From Octopus sinensis (lineage: Eukaryota), in contig NC_043008.1 in the NCBI RefSeq assembly GCF_006345805.1, forward strand, positions 73,284,001-73,348,000: a stretch of DNA of 64,000 nucleotides. Direction: 5' to 3'. Below are positions 26,580-38,372 of the stretch, one piece after another. A model generated the notes under the pieces. The model was not told the DNA's origin. It did not search any database and was given only the letters and a program-made list of their open reading frames with translations. The position numbers were made by a program, and so were the translations under genes. Within the stretch, counting starts at the first letter, position 1; each line of letters opens with the position of its first letter.

Positions 26580-26795
26580 AAGGTGGTGAGCCATCATAAT
26601 CACCAGCATGCTAGACAAAATGCTTTGTGATATTTCGTTCCTCTTTATGTTCTGAATTTAAATCCTGCCAAGGTTGACTTTGCCTTTCATCTCTTTCGGG
26701 GTTGATAAAATAAATACTAGCAGCACACTAGAGTCAATGTCATTGACTTACCCCCATCCGCAAACTTAATGGCCTTGAGCCAAAATTTGAAACCA
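26580..26795 (+). mobile_element. SINE, GTTCTGAGTTCAAAT family with an alternative tail
   Basis: GTTGACTTTGCCTTTCATC core; tail GGCCTTGAGCCAAAATTTGAAACC. Confidence 0.75.
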
Positions 26796-27011
26796 GTATT
26801 AAATTTTTGATTATAGTTATAGTAATTGATTATTTTTTTCTCGATTGATTGTTGTAAACGAAGTAAAAAATGAATAAACCATTGTTAGAAAACAAGGACA
26901 AAAGAGGAAAACTGGATTCAGCATACAAAAGTGCATTGACAGCATCAAAACATGAGAAAGAATTGTTGTTGTCTGATAAAATATCTAGTCTATGTATGTT
27001 TATATATATAT

Positions 27012-27981
27012 ATATATAAAAGAGCGATCGCATTTATCGTTAACCCCACTCGCTTCAAAATATCTAAAGAATACGCACAGATCATGAATGGCTAAAAGTT
27101 AAGTGAATCGTCCAACCTCGCTACGACTACCTTCTTTCTTGCACTTATTCTTATTCTTTCTCTATTCTTCAATTTCCATCTCATTGTATTGACCCTCATT
27201 CTTTCAGTATTCCCTCATTACCCTGTCTAGCTCAAACATTTTTTTTCGTTTAGACTTGTCTACAGGTTCATAGCCACTCTGATTTTTCAATTTTTCGTTT
27301 AGTGTTGTCTCCCGATTCATACAAACCCATTTGCTAGCTCATACGATTAACAGAACCTCTTTACTCAGACACGGTGTTATATTAGCTATCAATAATGATA
27401 TTCCCTCTGATTTTTCTGATTTTCAAACCTATTTATCTAATGTTTATTTATCGACAATGCCGTCCCCAGTCAAATTCCCTCACACCGCTTATTGTCACGT
27501 GTCCCTTGACCTCTCTCTCTAACTAACCCTATCTCTTTCTCTCTATGTCCCCCCTTCCCATAACCATCATCGCCATGGTTCTCTATGCCCTCCCCCCTTC
27601 CCAAAACCATCATCGCCATATATAAAAGAGCGATCGCATTTATCGTTAACCCCACTCGCTTCAAAATATCTAAAGAATACGCACAGATCATGAATGGCTA
27701 AAAGTTAAGTGAATCGTCCAACCTCGCTACGACTACCTTCTTTCTTGCACTTATTCTTATTCTTTCTCTATTCTTCAATTTCCATCTCATTGTATTGTCC
27801 CTCATTCTTTCAGTATTCCCTCATTACCCTGTCTAGCTCAACATTTTTTTTCGTTTAGACTTGTCTACAGGTTCATAGCCACTCTGATTTTTCAATTTTT
27901 CGTTTAGTGTTGTCTCCCGATTCATACAAACCCATTTGCTAGCTCATACGATTAACAGAACCTATTTACTCAGACACGGTG
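27012..27981 (+). repeat. Near-identical ~365-bp direct repeat (27012-27376 and 27618-27981) upstream of the RTE ORF
   Basis: Both copies start ATATATAAAAGAGCGATCGC and end ACTCAGACACGGTG; only about 3 differences by eye. Confidence 0.95.
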
Positions 27982-28152
27982 CACCCGCCCTCCCACCCCA
28001 CCACGCATGCCGGAAGTTTCTATTCTCTGCCATTCTGGGGTTGCTTCCCATGAAGACTGCAAATGTTCTCACCATCCCTACCCCTCCCTACCCCTAGTCT
28101 CGACCTATGTAAGGTAATGTTCATACAGTGCAAAATATGAAAGGCTAGCGTT

Positions 28153-29004
28153 ATGCAGGTTGTACTGAAGGCTACTTTACTACTTCATTTCTTGCACATG
28201 AATTCTGCCAAATGCGAGCTTTCTTTTCAGGTACACGAAGCTACTGTCCACCGTCCCAGGGTCTCTAGAGCCCATGCCTCCCACACCCTCAGGGTTGGCA
28301 CCCTCAACGTTGGCACTCTGAAAGGTAGGCCTGGTGAGATAGTCGAGATGCTTGAACGGAGATGTGTGGATATATGTTGCATGCAAGAAATAAGGTGGAG
28401 AGGAGGATCAGCTAGGTTCCTCACAGGCAAGGAACGCAGGTACAAGATTTTCTGGGCAGGGAACACTGACGGGGTTGGTGGCGTGGGTATACTTATCGCT
28501 GAGAAATGGGTAGATAATGTAATTGATGTAATCAGAGTATGTGACAGAATACTTAAGATTAGATTAGTGCTTCATCATAGTTTAGCAACCATTATATCAG
28601 CCTATGCTCCTCAGTCGAGGCTACCCGATGGACAGAAAGACCGATTCTATGACACTCTACTGCAGACTACCTCGTTGACGAACGACAGAGACCTTATCTT
28701 TGTGGCTGGTGACTTCAATGGTCACGTTGGACGACATGCTGGGGGCTTCCATGGCGTACATGGAGGCTATGGCTATGGCTCCCGCAACGAGGAGGGAACC
28801 AGGCTGCTGGAGTTCTGCGATGCAAATAATCTTATGATTTGCAACACTAACTTCAGGAAACCTACCAGCCACCTAGTCACTTACCAATCGGGCCAACATA
28901 CCAGCCAAATTGACTACATCCTTACAAGGCAAAGGGAGAGATGGCTGCTTATAAATGCCAAAACCTTCCCAGTGAAGAATGTACCCCACAACATAGACTG
29001 GTAG
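28153..29004 (+). CDS. RTE apurinic-like endonuclease (N-terminal part of the single RTE ORF)
   Basis: TLNVGTL, CCMQEIRW, SAYAPQ, AGDFNGHVG and QIDYIL motifs; continues into the RT frame through a 1-nt frameshift near 28970. Confidence 0.93.
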   Translation: MQVVLKATLLLHFLHMNSAKCELSFQVHEATVHRPRVSRAHASHTLRVGTLNVGTLKGRPGEIVEMLERRCVDICCMQEIRWRGGSARFLTGKERRYKIFWAGNTDGVGGVGILIAEKWVDNVIDVIRVCDRILKIRLVLHHSLATIISAYAPQSRLPDGQKDRFYDTLLQTTSLTNDRDLIFVAGDFNGHVGRHAGGFHGVHGGYGYGSRNEEGTRLLEFCDANNLMICNTNFRKPTSHLVTYQSGQHTSQIDYILTRQRERWLLINAKTFPVKNVPHNIDW

Positions 29005-31319
29005 TTAGTGACTTTAGGATCAGGACTAGGAGGACAACCAGAAGACGACAAATATGGAGAAGAAGGATCTGGAAGCTTAAAGATCCTGCAAATGGACAGA
29101 GATTTAGGGACATATTACTTGAAGCCTCTGACGAAGTAGAAGGGGATAGAGCATCACAGGGGGTAGAAGACAGCTGGACGTTTCTAAGGGACAACCTGCT
29201 GAGAGCCACTGACCAGATCTGTGGCTGGTGCAAAGTCCCCTCTCGACCTAGAATAACGTGGTGGTGGAACAATATTGTAGACAGGGCTATTAGAGAAAAG
29301 AGACAGGCTTGGAAGGTCTGGAAAAATGGGGGTAGCAGGGGATTGTATCAGACTGCCAAAAGAGAAGCTAGGAGACAGGTTTATTTAGCCAGAGGGGAAG
29401 CAGATAAGAAAGAATTTGCCAATGTTCTGCGCCGTGAGGACCAAAGACTGGAGGTGTTTCGTGTTGCAAGACAGTGTGTGAGAGAGAATCGTGATGTGGT
29501 AGGAGAGAAGTGTGTTCGCATGGAAGATGGTTCACTTGCGCTAAATGAGGATGCAAAGAGAGAGGTTTGGAGATGCCACTATGAAAGGTTGCTGAATGAA
29601 GAAAATGAATGGGATAAAGAGAGTCTGCCAAATGTTGACCCAACAGAGGGACCAGCTATCCGAGTTGATAGTTCCGTGGTAGCTAAGGCAATTAGAAGCA
29701 TGAAGACAGGGAAAGCCCCAGGCCCATCAGGAATCACTGCAGAGATGCTCAAAATGTCTGGTAGTGTCGGCTATAGCCTAGTCACCCATATAGTTAATCA
29801 GGTGATACACAAAGGGGTCATACCCAATGACTGGTGTAGCAGTATAATAGTCAACTGCTACAAAGGTAAAGGTGATGCCCTAGATACAAATAACTACAGA
29901 GGTATCAAGCTGTTGGACCAGGTGATGAAGGTTACGGAGAGGGTCATAGCCCAACTAATTAGAGAGAGAGTTAGTTTAGATGAGATGCAGTTTGGGTTTG
30001 TGCCAGGGAAAAGTACTACTGATGCTATATTCCTGGTAAGGCAGCTGCAGGAGAAATACCTAGCCAAAGATAAGCCCCTGTACCTGGCTTTTGTTGACAT
30101 GGAGAAAGCCTTCGACAGGGTCCCCCGATCCCTTATCTGGTGGGCAATGAGGAAACTAGGGATAGATGAATGGTTAGTGAGAGCTGTGCGGGCCATGTAC
30201 AGGGACGCCGCTAGTAGGGTGAGGGTTGGAAATGTGTACAGTGAAGAATTCCGGGTAGAGGAAGGAGTCCACCAAGGCTCAGTACTCAGCCCCCTCCTAT
30301 TTATCATAGTCCTCCAGGCAATAACGGAGGAATTCAAGACAGGATGCCCTTGGGAGCTCCTCTATGCTGATGACCTTGCTCTAATTGCTGAGTCGCTATC
30401 AGAACTGGAGGAGAAGTTTCAGGTGTGGAAACAAGGATTAGAATCGAAGGGCCTCAGAGTCAATCTAGCTAAAACCAAAGTCGTAATCAGTAGGAAGGTA
30501 GACAAATCACAAACACCTTCAGGTAGATGGCCCTGCTCGATCTGTAGAAAAGGTGTAGGTAGAAACTCTATAAGATGCACCAAGTGTAAGCTATGGACAC
30601 ATAAGAGATGCAGCAATGTCAAAGGAAGGCTAACTAGGAAGATGGTTTTTGTATGTGGCAGATGCTCAGGAACAATAAACACTGAAAATGCTCTGAGACC
30701 AACTTCCGTCACTTTCCAGGGAGAAAAACTAGAAATAGTTGATAGTTTCCGTTACCTAGGTGACCAAGTCAGCAGCGGGGGCGGGTGTGCTGAAAGTGTA
30801 ACTGCTAGAGTAAGAATAGCTTGGGCAAAGTTCAGAGAGCTCTTACCTCTACTGGTGACAAAAGGCCTCTCGCACAGAGTGAAAGGCAGACTGTATGATG
30901 CGTGTGTACGAACAGCCATGCTACATGGCAGTGAAACATGGACCGTGACTGCTGAGGATATGCGTAAGCTCGCTAGAAATGAAGCCAGTATGCTCCGATG
31001 GATGTGTAATGCCGGTACTCACACTCGGCAGAGTGTAAGTACCTTGAGAGAAAAGCTGGACCTAAGAAGCATCAGTTGTGGTGTGCAAGAGAGACGTTTG
31101 CGCTGGTATGGTCATGTGGCGAGAATGGATGAAGATAGTTGTGTGAAAAGGTGCCACACCCTAGCAGTTGAGGGAACCTGTGGAAGAGGCAGACCCAGGA
31201 AAACCTGGGACGAGGTGGTGAAGCACGACCTTCGAACTTTAGGTCTCACTGAGGAAATGACTAGAGACCGAGACCTCTGGAAGTGTGCTGTGCGCGAGAA
31301 GACCCGGCAGGACAGGTGA
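28941..31319 (+). CDS. RTE reverse transcriptase with an embedded PHD-type zinc finger
   Basis: KAPGPSG, NYRGIKLL, QFGFVPG, FVDMEKAFDRV, QGSVLSPLLF, YADD, FRYLG and GRGRPRKTW motifs; open for 792 codons. Confidence 0.97.
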   Translation: MAAYKCQNLPSEECTPQHRLVVSDFRIRTRRTTRRRQIWRRRIWKLKDPANGQRFRDILLEASDEVEGDRASQGVEDSWTFLRDNLLRATDQICGWCKVPSRPRITWWWNNIVDRAIREKRQAWKVWKNGGSRGLYQTAKREARRQVYLARGEADKKEFANVLRREDQRLEVFRVARQCVRENRDVVGEKCVRMEDGSLALNEDAKREVWRCHYERLLNEENEWDKESLPNVDPTEGPAIRVDSSVVAKAIRSMKTGKAPGPSGITAEMLKMSGSVGYSLVTHIVNQVIHKGVIPNDWCSSIIVNCYKGKGDALDTNNYRGIKLLDQVMKVTERVIAQLIRERVSLDEMQFGFVPGKSTTDAIFLVRQLQEKYLAKDKPLYLAFVDMEKAFDRVPRSLIWWAMRKLGIDEWLVRAVRAMYRDAASRVRVGNVYSEEFRVEEGVHQGSVLSPLLFIIVLQAITEEFKTGCPWELLYADDLALIAESLSELEEKFQVWKQGLESKGLRVNLAKTKVVISRKVDKSQTPSGRWPCSICRKGVGRNSIRCTKCKLWTHKRCSNVKGRLTRKMVFVCGRCSGTINTENALRPTSVTFQGEKLEIVDSFRYLGDQVSSGGGCAESVTARVRIAWAKFRELLPLLVTKGLSHRVKGRLYDACVRTAMLHGSETWTVTAEDMRKLARNEASMLRWMCNAGTHTRQSVSTLREKLDLRSISCGVQERRLRWYGHVARMDEDSCVKRCHTLAVEGTCGRGRPRKTWDEVVKHDLRTLGLTEEMTRDRDLWKCAVREKTRQDR

Positions 31320-32084
31320 GTCCATAACCCGTGGCCTTCTACATGGGATGGAGCCAGCCTACGTATGCATACCTTCCCTTCTTGGGACACAAAACTCTAC
31401 TTGTGAAGACGTGATGAGGCAAGTGAGGATCAGAATCGAAATCGATCAATGGAAATTGCGGATGTGCAACCAGTGCCGGTGGCATGTCAAAACTCTGCTT
31501 GTGAAGACCCGTTGAGGCAAGTGACGATCAGAATCGAAATCGATCAATGGAAATTGCAGATGTGTTACCAGTGCCGGTGGCATGTAAGAGAACTTTCCGT
31601 TTCGCGACCGTTGCCAGCACCGCCCCGTTTCGTGTCCGTTGCCAGCCTCACCTGGCCCTCGTGCCGGTGGCACATAAAAAGCACCATCCGTTCGTGGCCG
31701 TTTGCCAGCTCTGTCTGGCACCAGTGCGGGTGGCACGTAAAAAGCACCCACTACACTCACGGAGTGGTTGGCGTTAGGAAGGGCATCCAGCCGTAGAAAC
31801 ACTGCCAGATTTGACTGGGCCTGATGAAGCCTTCTGGCTTCACAGACCCCAGTAGAACCGTCCAACCCATGCTAGCATGGAAAACGGACGCTAAACGATG
31901 ATGATGATGATGATGATATATGTAAACAAGTGTGTGTGTATATTTATCAATGTGTCTCTGATTATGAGTGCATGTGCATGTGAGTAAAAATTTTCAATGG
32001 GAGAAGAAATTGAAAGAAAATTGCTTAGTATTTTCAATAATGTCTAAGAAGAATTGTTTCAGTCCAGAAAAAGAGGATTTAGCT

Positions 32085-33061
32085 ACGTGCAGCTATTTCA
32101 TTGCATGTGGGTGCATTGTAACAGTCTGCATATGTTCATTAGATGGTCTTTTCTGGGCATTAATGACAACATTAAAATTTGATGAAGCTTCTGTTTCCAA
32201 GGCACACTTGAAGCTGCGTACATAGCTGTTTTTCTGGTGCAAAAGGTTTTGAAGTTGCATTATCAGGTGAAAATTAGTGCCAGTGGAAATGGAGTTTCTT
32301 CAGTTGGCTTGTTCATGTAAATTGCCTACAAAGTACAGTTGAAGAAATTGAGGATCTTGATTTTCAGCAGGTTTGAGCGATCCTATCCTATGGTAAATCT
32401 GTCCCTGCACTTTGAAAGTAGGCACAAACCCACCTTCTTGAACAACATTAGCGCTGAAAGATGTCATTTGGAATGCACAATTATACTTCCGGATGTTATT
32501 GAGGAAATGTTTGGACTCTGTAGTTGTGCCAGCATAGATTGACCTCAACAGCTGTGGTGGATCCTGTAGCGGAGTGGGGTTAACTTTTCCATTAGCGCAA
32601 CACATAGTAGGACTTTCTCTTGAGCACTTCTTAGCATTGCAGAAAGAGCAAGTGATGGGCATATCTCCAATGTTCAAATCTGGGTGGCAATCAAAATGAA
32701 GCTTAGGGTTGTAGTCAAAAGCCTTTAATGACCATCGTAATCTGCATGGCATTGAAAATCCTCGTCTATTAGCTCTTTGTTGAACAGAAGTCTGCTGCAT
32801 AGTATATCTCTGTTCTAAGGTGTGGGAAGCTCGCGCTGCAGCCATGTTGGCAGTATTCCTGACCAGGCATGTAGTGCATTCATTTTTGTTCTCTGCAGCT
32901 TGTGCAGCAGTAGTTGATGCAGCATCAGACTGCATGGGCCGTAAGTAAGGCGAGTGTAGAATTTGAATGAAATCGGTTGGGTAGTTCTCGAGTTTTAGGG
33001 ATTCACACAAACACAGACAGACAGACAGATGGACACACATTCTCATCTTTATATATATAGA
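32085..33061 (-). mobile_element. Helitron fragment: 5' TC end joined to part of the Rep-helicase N-terminus
   Basis: A|TCTATATATATAAAG start at 33061; ORF 32300-33136 has CSFCNAKK..E....CCANGKV, FLNNIRKYNCAFQMTSF and FKVQGQIYHRIGSL; continues as KRPSNEH..YNAPTCNEIA. A second 5'-end copy lies at 33215-33345. Confidence 0.9.
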
Positions 33062-34066
33062 TATAGAGATGCATGTATATATGTGACTTAATAGTTTCAC
33101 GTTAATAGTGAAAGTATTAAACTGAAAGTATCTCACATTGCAATAGAGATGTTATGGTTTCACTTTTGACACGTAATACTAAAATAGTGTAAGATATAAT
33201 GCTCTGGGCATGCATCAGACAAAAAGTTGAAATTTTTTTGGCCCATGACACTGCATGGACCATATGTAAGGCATGTGTAAAATTTGAATGAAATCGGTTG
33301 GGTAGCTCTCGAGTTTTAGGGATTCACACAGACAGACACACACAAAACTTTTCATAACAAATTTCAATATAACTGGAACCTTCTCTATCTGAAAGGTATT
33401 TACAGAAAATTTCATTAAAAAAATATCCAAGTTGGGGAGGGAATTTACACATTTTCCTTTTTATGAAATTCTATATTTTTTGACTCCCAAAAAGGAGCTT
33501 CCATATGTTTATTCTATACACTAGAAATAACAGTAAAATAATCTTCAAATCATTCCCTTCAGTCTATTAGAAAACAATAATTGAATACCTGTCTTAGAAC
33601 TGCCTGAGATAAGGGTTGGATAGTCAAGTTTAGAATGCTTATGATCATATCTACGTTAACTAAAAGCCATCTAGGGCTAAATAAAAACAAGAAGAATGAT
33701 GATGAAAATCATAAAATAGTGAAAAACATTAGTTTCAACAACATTATTTCCGTGGTTTTTATGTGGGCATCCTGAGTTAAAGTAATAAAAACACTAACAA
33801 CGTGGTATTTAATTGGTGCACTTACTGAAAAGATACAACAATTAAGAGGAAAAGTCTTGTCAAAGTAAATGATATCCTTGAGCTTCTACTTCTCCATCGT
33901 TTTAAACTAATGCTATCAACTTCAAGTACGACTAATATCGATATACATATACATACATACATACATACACATACATGTCTAAAATCAGTGTTGATATACA
34001 TATATGTGTGCATATATGTATATATATATATGTGTGGGTGGGGGTGGGGGTGGGGGTGTATATACA

Positions 34067-34097
<31 letters not shown>

Positions 34098-37000
34098 CAA
34101 CAAAAATACTACAAGCACATACTCACACACCACACACTCAAATATATATACTTATATACATGTATGTTTACATATGTGTGAGTGTGAGGTGAGTGTGTGT
34201 CTATGCATACAAATATGTTTGACATACTCACATACACACACACACATATATTTATACAACAATATTTTATATGTACTTTCACACACACACACACACATAT
34301 TAAAGCCATAAACACACACACACATATTGATTTGAAGTATATAGGTCTTCCGTACACTTAGCTGTCTCAGATACGAAGAATGTTGAACTTTATGATCTCA
34401 ATCAGTCTTGTTTGATAGGTCTCAATTGAGATTAAAATTAGCTTTTAAGTGATTTACTTGAAGAACGCTAAAAAGCTGTAAGGAGAGATGCAATGGACGT
34501 ATGGTTAGATAAAATGAAGGTTCGCAGAAAATATATTTGGTCATAAACAGATTAATGACAAATTTGGTGATTTGTACATTTTATTTATTGTCAAAATGTT
34601 TCCTTTTATCTATTTTGTGCATTATCTTGTGTATGAGTGCTTATATATATATATGAATGCTTATATATATATATGCATATATATATATGGATATATTTAT
34701 TTATGGATATATATATATATGTGTGTGTGTGTATGGATATATCTATATATAGGCATGTATATATTTAGGGATATATTTATACATGTATGCATGCATATGT
34801 ATGTGCATGTATGCGTGTGTGTTTGTATACAAATACACATCCACAACATATTTCATTATACGTATCATGTCTTTAGGTAAGTAGATAATATATAATATGA
34901 AAGACAGAATGGCCAAATAGAAACAAAAGCCAGGCTTGCACTGGATGTAAAGCATCGGTATTTGTTTATATACTTACACAAATGTATGTAACTATCTATG
35001 TATCTCTATATATGTAGCTGTCAACAACCATATGGATACATACACACACACACACACATACATTTATACTTACATACACATACTTCAAACATACATTCAT
35101 TTATACTTAATACCAACATTTATACATTTTGACATCTATAGATAAATACGTATATCTCTACTCATAGACTTCAAAATATACTTGAATGTGAATGAATTTT
35201 CATCGCTTTCGACGATGAGCAACTGACAATGTTGTTTGATTCACCAAACCACTTAGCCATTGAAATCAAGATGTCAATTACAACAGATGTCAACTTGATA
35301 AGGTGTAGCAGCACTATGCTTTCTTATAGTCTAATCCTACTGTATGTAAACTCTGGAAAAATTGCCTTTCCCCAATGCCCTCCTTAATACTTATTTGCTG
35401 ATAAGATGTTCAACACCACTCCATAATTCAGATACAATCTGTCTCCACCTCCTTGCCCATTTGTCTCCATGTTAATTGTTTTGTTGTGATAGCAAAGAAA
35501 AACATTCAAGTAATCTGTGGAAACTATCTACATAACGTTTCTATCACTTTATTGCTTGGTTATTCCTGCAACCATAATCATTCTGGCAGAAGGGTCTCAG
35601 TGTCTATTGTCTTTAGAATAGATGGACAAGAATTTCTTTGTAAAATTTCAGCTTTGTATAACAAAAAGAAACTGTAACAATGATTCAAAACCCTAAACAC
35701 TAGATTACTGGCCAGACACCACGAGCAAACCATCACAGTTTCACATGAAGTTGTAGTATGATGTAGTTTTCTTGTATGTTTTTCTTGCTCCCTATAAAAA
35801 CCACTTTGGGCGTTTTTAATTGCTGTGTTGAAAGGTGGCCAAGTGATATGTGCCTCCACATTTTAGCTGAGCAATATATGCCTCCACACAGCAATCAGAC
35901 TCTTCCAGACATTTATGCAAACAGCTAAGGACAGACAGTCAAGATCAGATGACCAAGGGCAGATAACCAAGGGCTTCTGTTTCCATTGAGACTTGCACAG
36001 TTTCAGTTTACTTTATATGTTTTGGGGCTGACTGCATGTTGTCACACAAATAGCTTTCAGTAATTTCAGAGCAGTCTGTCTCTCTCCCAGTCAGCAATTA
36101 TTAATGTTGTTAATTGTAAATAGCCAACACCAAACATCTTTATGTCTAGCAATAAATATTTCCATTAAATGATTGCAGGTTTGCATCAGTTGTTATTCTG
36201 GCAGCCAACGAAATATATCTTCATTTATCAGCCTCACACAGTACCAACCAGGCAACCATTATGACAAGAATATCAAGTCTTTCTGACTTCCTACTTGATA
36301 GTTTTGTAACATTTACCCGGAAAGTTTCGTTGATGGTGTTATTTGGTCTAAAAGAGACATTTACATTCACTGTTTTGGAGTTCATTACAAGATAGTCATG
36401 GCACTGTCTGTTTGCATTCTAGATCACATCAGAATAACTCCAGATTTTTAATGAAGAAGCACATAAACAAGTTAATGGGGTTTAAAGCAAAATTACAGGT
36501 GATACCCCTATGTACTAAACTATAATATTGTAGTTGATACTCCTTGTACTAATCTATGATATTGTAGAATTACCAATCACAGTTCAATTTTAATGGTTAT
36601 TAGTTTGCTTGCCAGTGTCTCACATCAGTCAGATAATTTTCAGAAGCCTTCCATTAATTCATCGATGGTAGTTCGTGAATTCAGTATTCACTTTAAATCA
36701 GATGACAGTGTCCAATTCAATATTTTCTGTAGACTGTTGATACCTTTTGGTGGAGTAGAAGTGGTGGGCATTTCAGTTGATCATATTTACTTCTGTCAAC
36801 TACGTTTTTATGTTTGTATGCTCATTCAAATGTATGCATGTGTCATAGCTTGATACTGGTGTATCTGAATACAGACATGTGTGCATCACTATATATGTGT
36901 ATGCGCACAGGCAACAAACCAAATAATTGGAATGTCTGCATATTTTGGTGACTAAATTAATGACTTATTATTGTGTTTTCTTGACCCCTCGCAGATGAGA

Positions 37001-37419
37001 AGCAGTACTGACCACATCGAAACACCATGCATATGAGTGGACAATGGTGGAAGCTGTTGCCACATTAATGGTAAAGCCACATTGTTGCTATGGTCACTAC
37101 TTTTCTGTCAAGAATTTTTGATAACAGCAGATGATGGCTATTGTTGCAACCTACATTCCTGTTTGGAATTTCGGATAAGCTGCTTTTTATGGTTATTGTT
37201 AAGTGAAGCCCACAGATGAGGTTATAAGCCCATAGGTGAAGTTTATTCACTTTGATATGGAAAGATATAAAGCTTGTAAAAATGTAAACCATGCAACATA
37301 CCCCTGAAATGATGGAAACTGAGAAACACAAATAGTGTCAGAAAACCAAATTGTGTTTTCTGTTACAATGAAGGAATGGGTAGAGTACATTTTCCAGTCA
37401 AATGGTCACATCTCACTCC

Positions 37420-37770
37420 TGTGCTAGAATGGTATAAGAAAGTGTTTTTCTATCTGCTCAACCTTTGTTTGGTCAACGCCTTCCCTGCATCAAAGGGAGT
37501 CGAGAACAATTTCTTGATTTTCAAGTATCACTGATGAAGGAGGTGTGTAACAACTGCCCTCCTGAAGGATAAGCGCTACAAAGATGGCCTTCTGCTCTAC
37601 CTGGTCCAGCAAAGTTGACAGTGAGACATTTTCTCATCATTATTCCCCCATCAGGGGGAATGGATGAAGCATGGTGTGTGAAAAGATACAAACTTTGAAT
37701 GTGAGCAGTGCAATGTCTCACTCTGTACAGCCCTGTATTTTCAGTTATACTACACTAAGGAGACTATGTA
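37420..37770 (+). mobile_element. piggyBac transposase C-terminal relic
   Basis: WYKKVFFYLLNLCLVNA followed by the Cys-rich tail DTNFECEQCNVSLC. Confidence 0.75.
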
Positions 37771-38147
37771 AATACACTGCTAAATTCCATATATGAAAAA
37801 TTATGTAGTTACTGAATGGCCTCATATTGGTACATGGCTACAAGGGGTTATTTAGTCATGTATTTCATGTGTGAATCCCAGTTTCTCAAGAATGGTGCCA
37901 TGGTTGTATGTTAAATTACCAATTCCAACTATGATTACATACATAATGCACAACTATAATTGAAGTGTAGTATCAGAAAATGTATTCTTAAATAAGGAGC
38001 AGAACTAAATATGGTAAATGTATGTTGGTTTCTAAGCTGTTTTGTTTTAAACAGTGGTATGTAATAAGTTGGGGTGTACAATATGTAATAAATTCATAAT
38101 AAATTATGGTCAAGTACATTTTGGTGTCTATCAAGTACATTTTGGTG

Positions 38148-38372
38148 TCTGGCAGAAATGTTAGCATGCCGGGTGTAATGCTTAGCGGTATTTATCTGCC
38201 GCTACGTTCTGAGTTCAAATTCCGCCGAGGTTGACTTTGCCTTTCATCCTTTCGGGGTCGATTAAATAAGTACCAGTTACACACTGGGGTTGGTATAATC
38301 GACTTAATCCGTTTGTCTGTCCTTGTTTGTCCCCTCTATGTATAGCCCCTTGTGGGCAGTAAAGAAATAAGA
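38148..38372 (+). mobile_element. SINE, GGCAGAAA/TCGTTAGC family, young copy
   Basis: GTTCTGAGTTCAAATTCCGCCGAGG B-box-like core; many related copies in the window; preceded by a 21-bp tandem duplication. Confidence 0.88.

Larger units (their letters stand above)
27012..31917 (+). mobile_element. Near full-length RTE-clade LINE
   Basis: APE and RT ORFs, structured 3'UTR and (GAT)7 tail at 31897-31917; the 5' boundary is inferred from the direct repeat. Confidence 0.9.

Noticed and set aside
28941-29004. Programmed ribosomal frameshift between the EN and RT ORFs
   Set aside because: RTEs normally encode EN-RT in one frame and there is no convincing slippery heptamer; a 1-bp deletion explains it.
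31410-31450. Hammerhead in the RTE 3'UTR (GTGATGA...GAAATCGATC)
   Set aside because: The core C is missing, there is no stem II, and the equivalent region in the 17-kb copy is a pentamer microsatellite.
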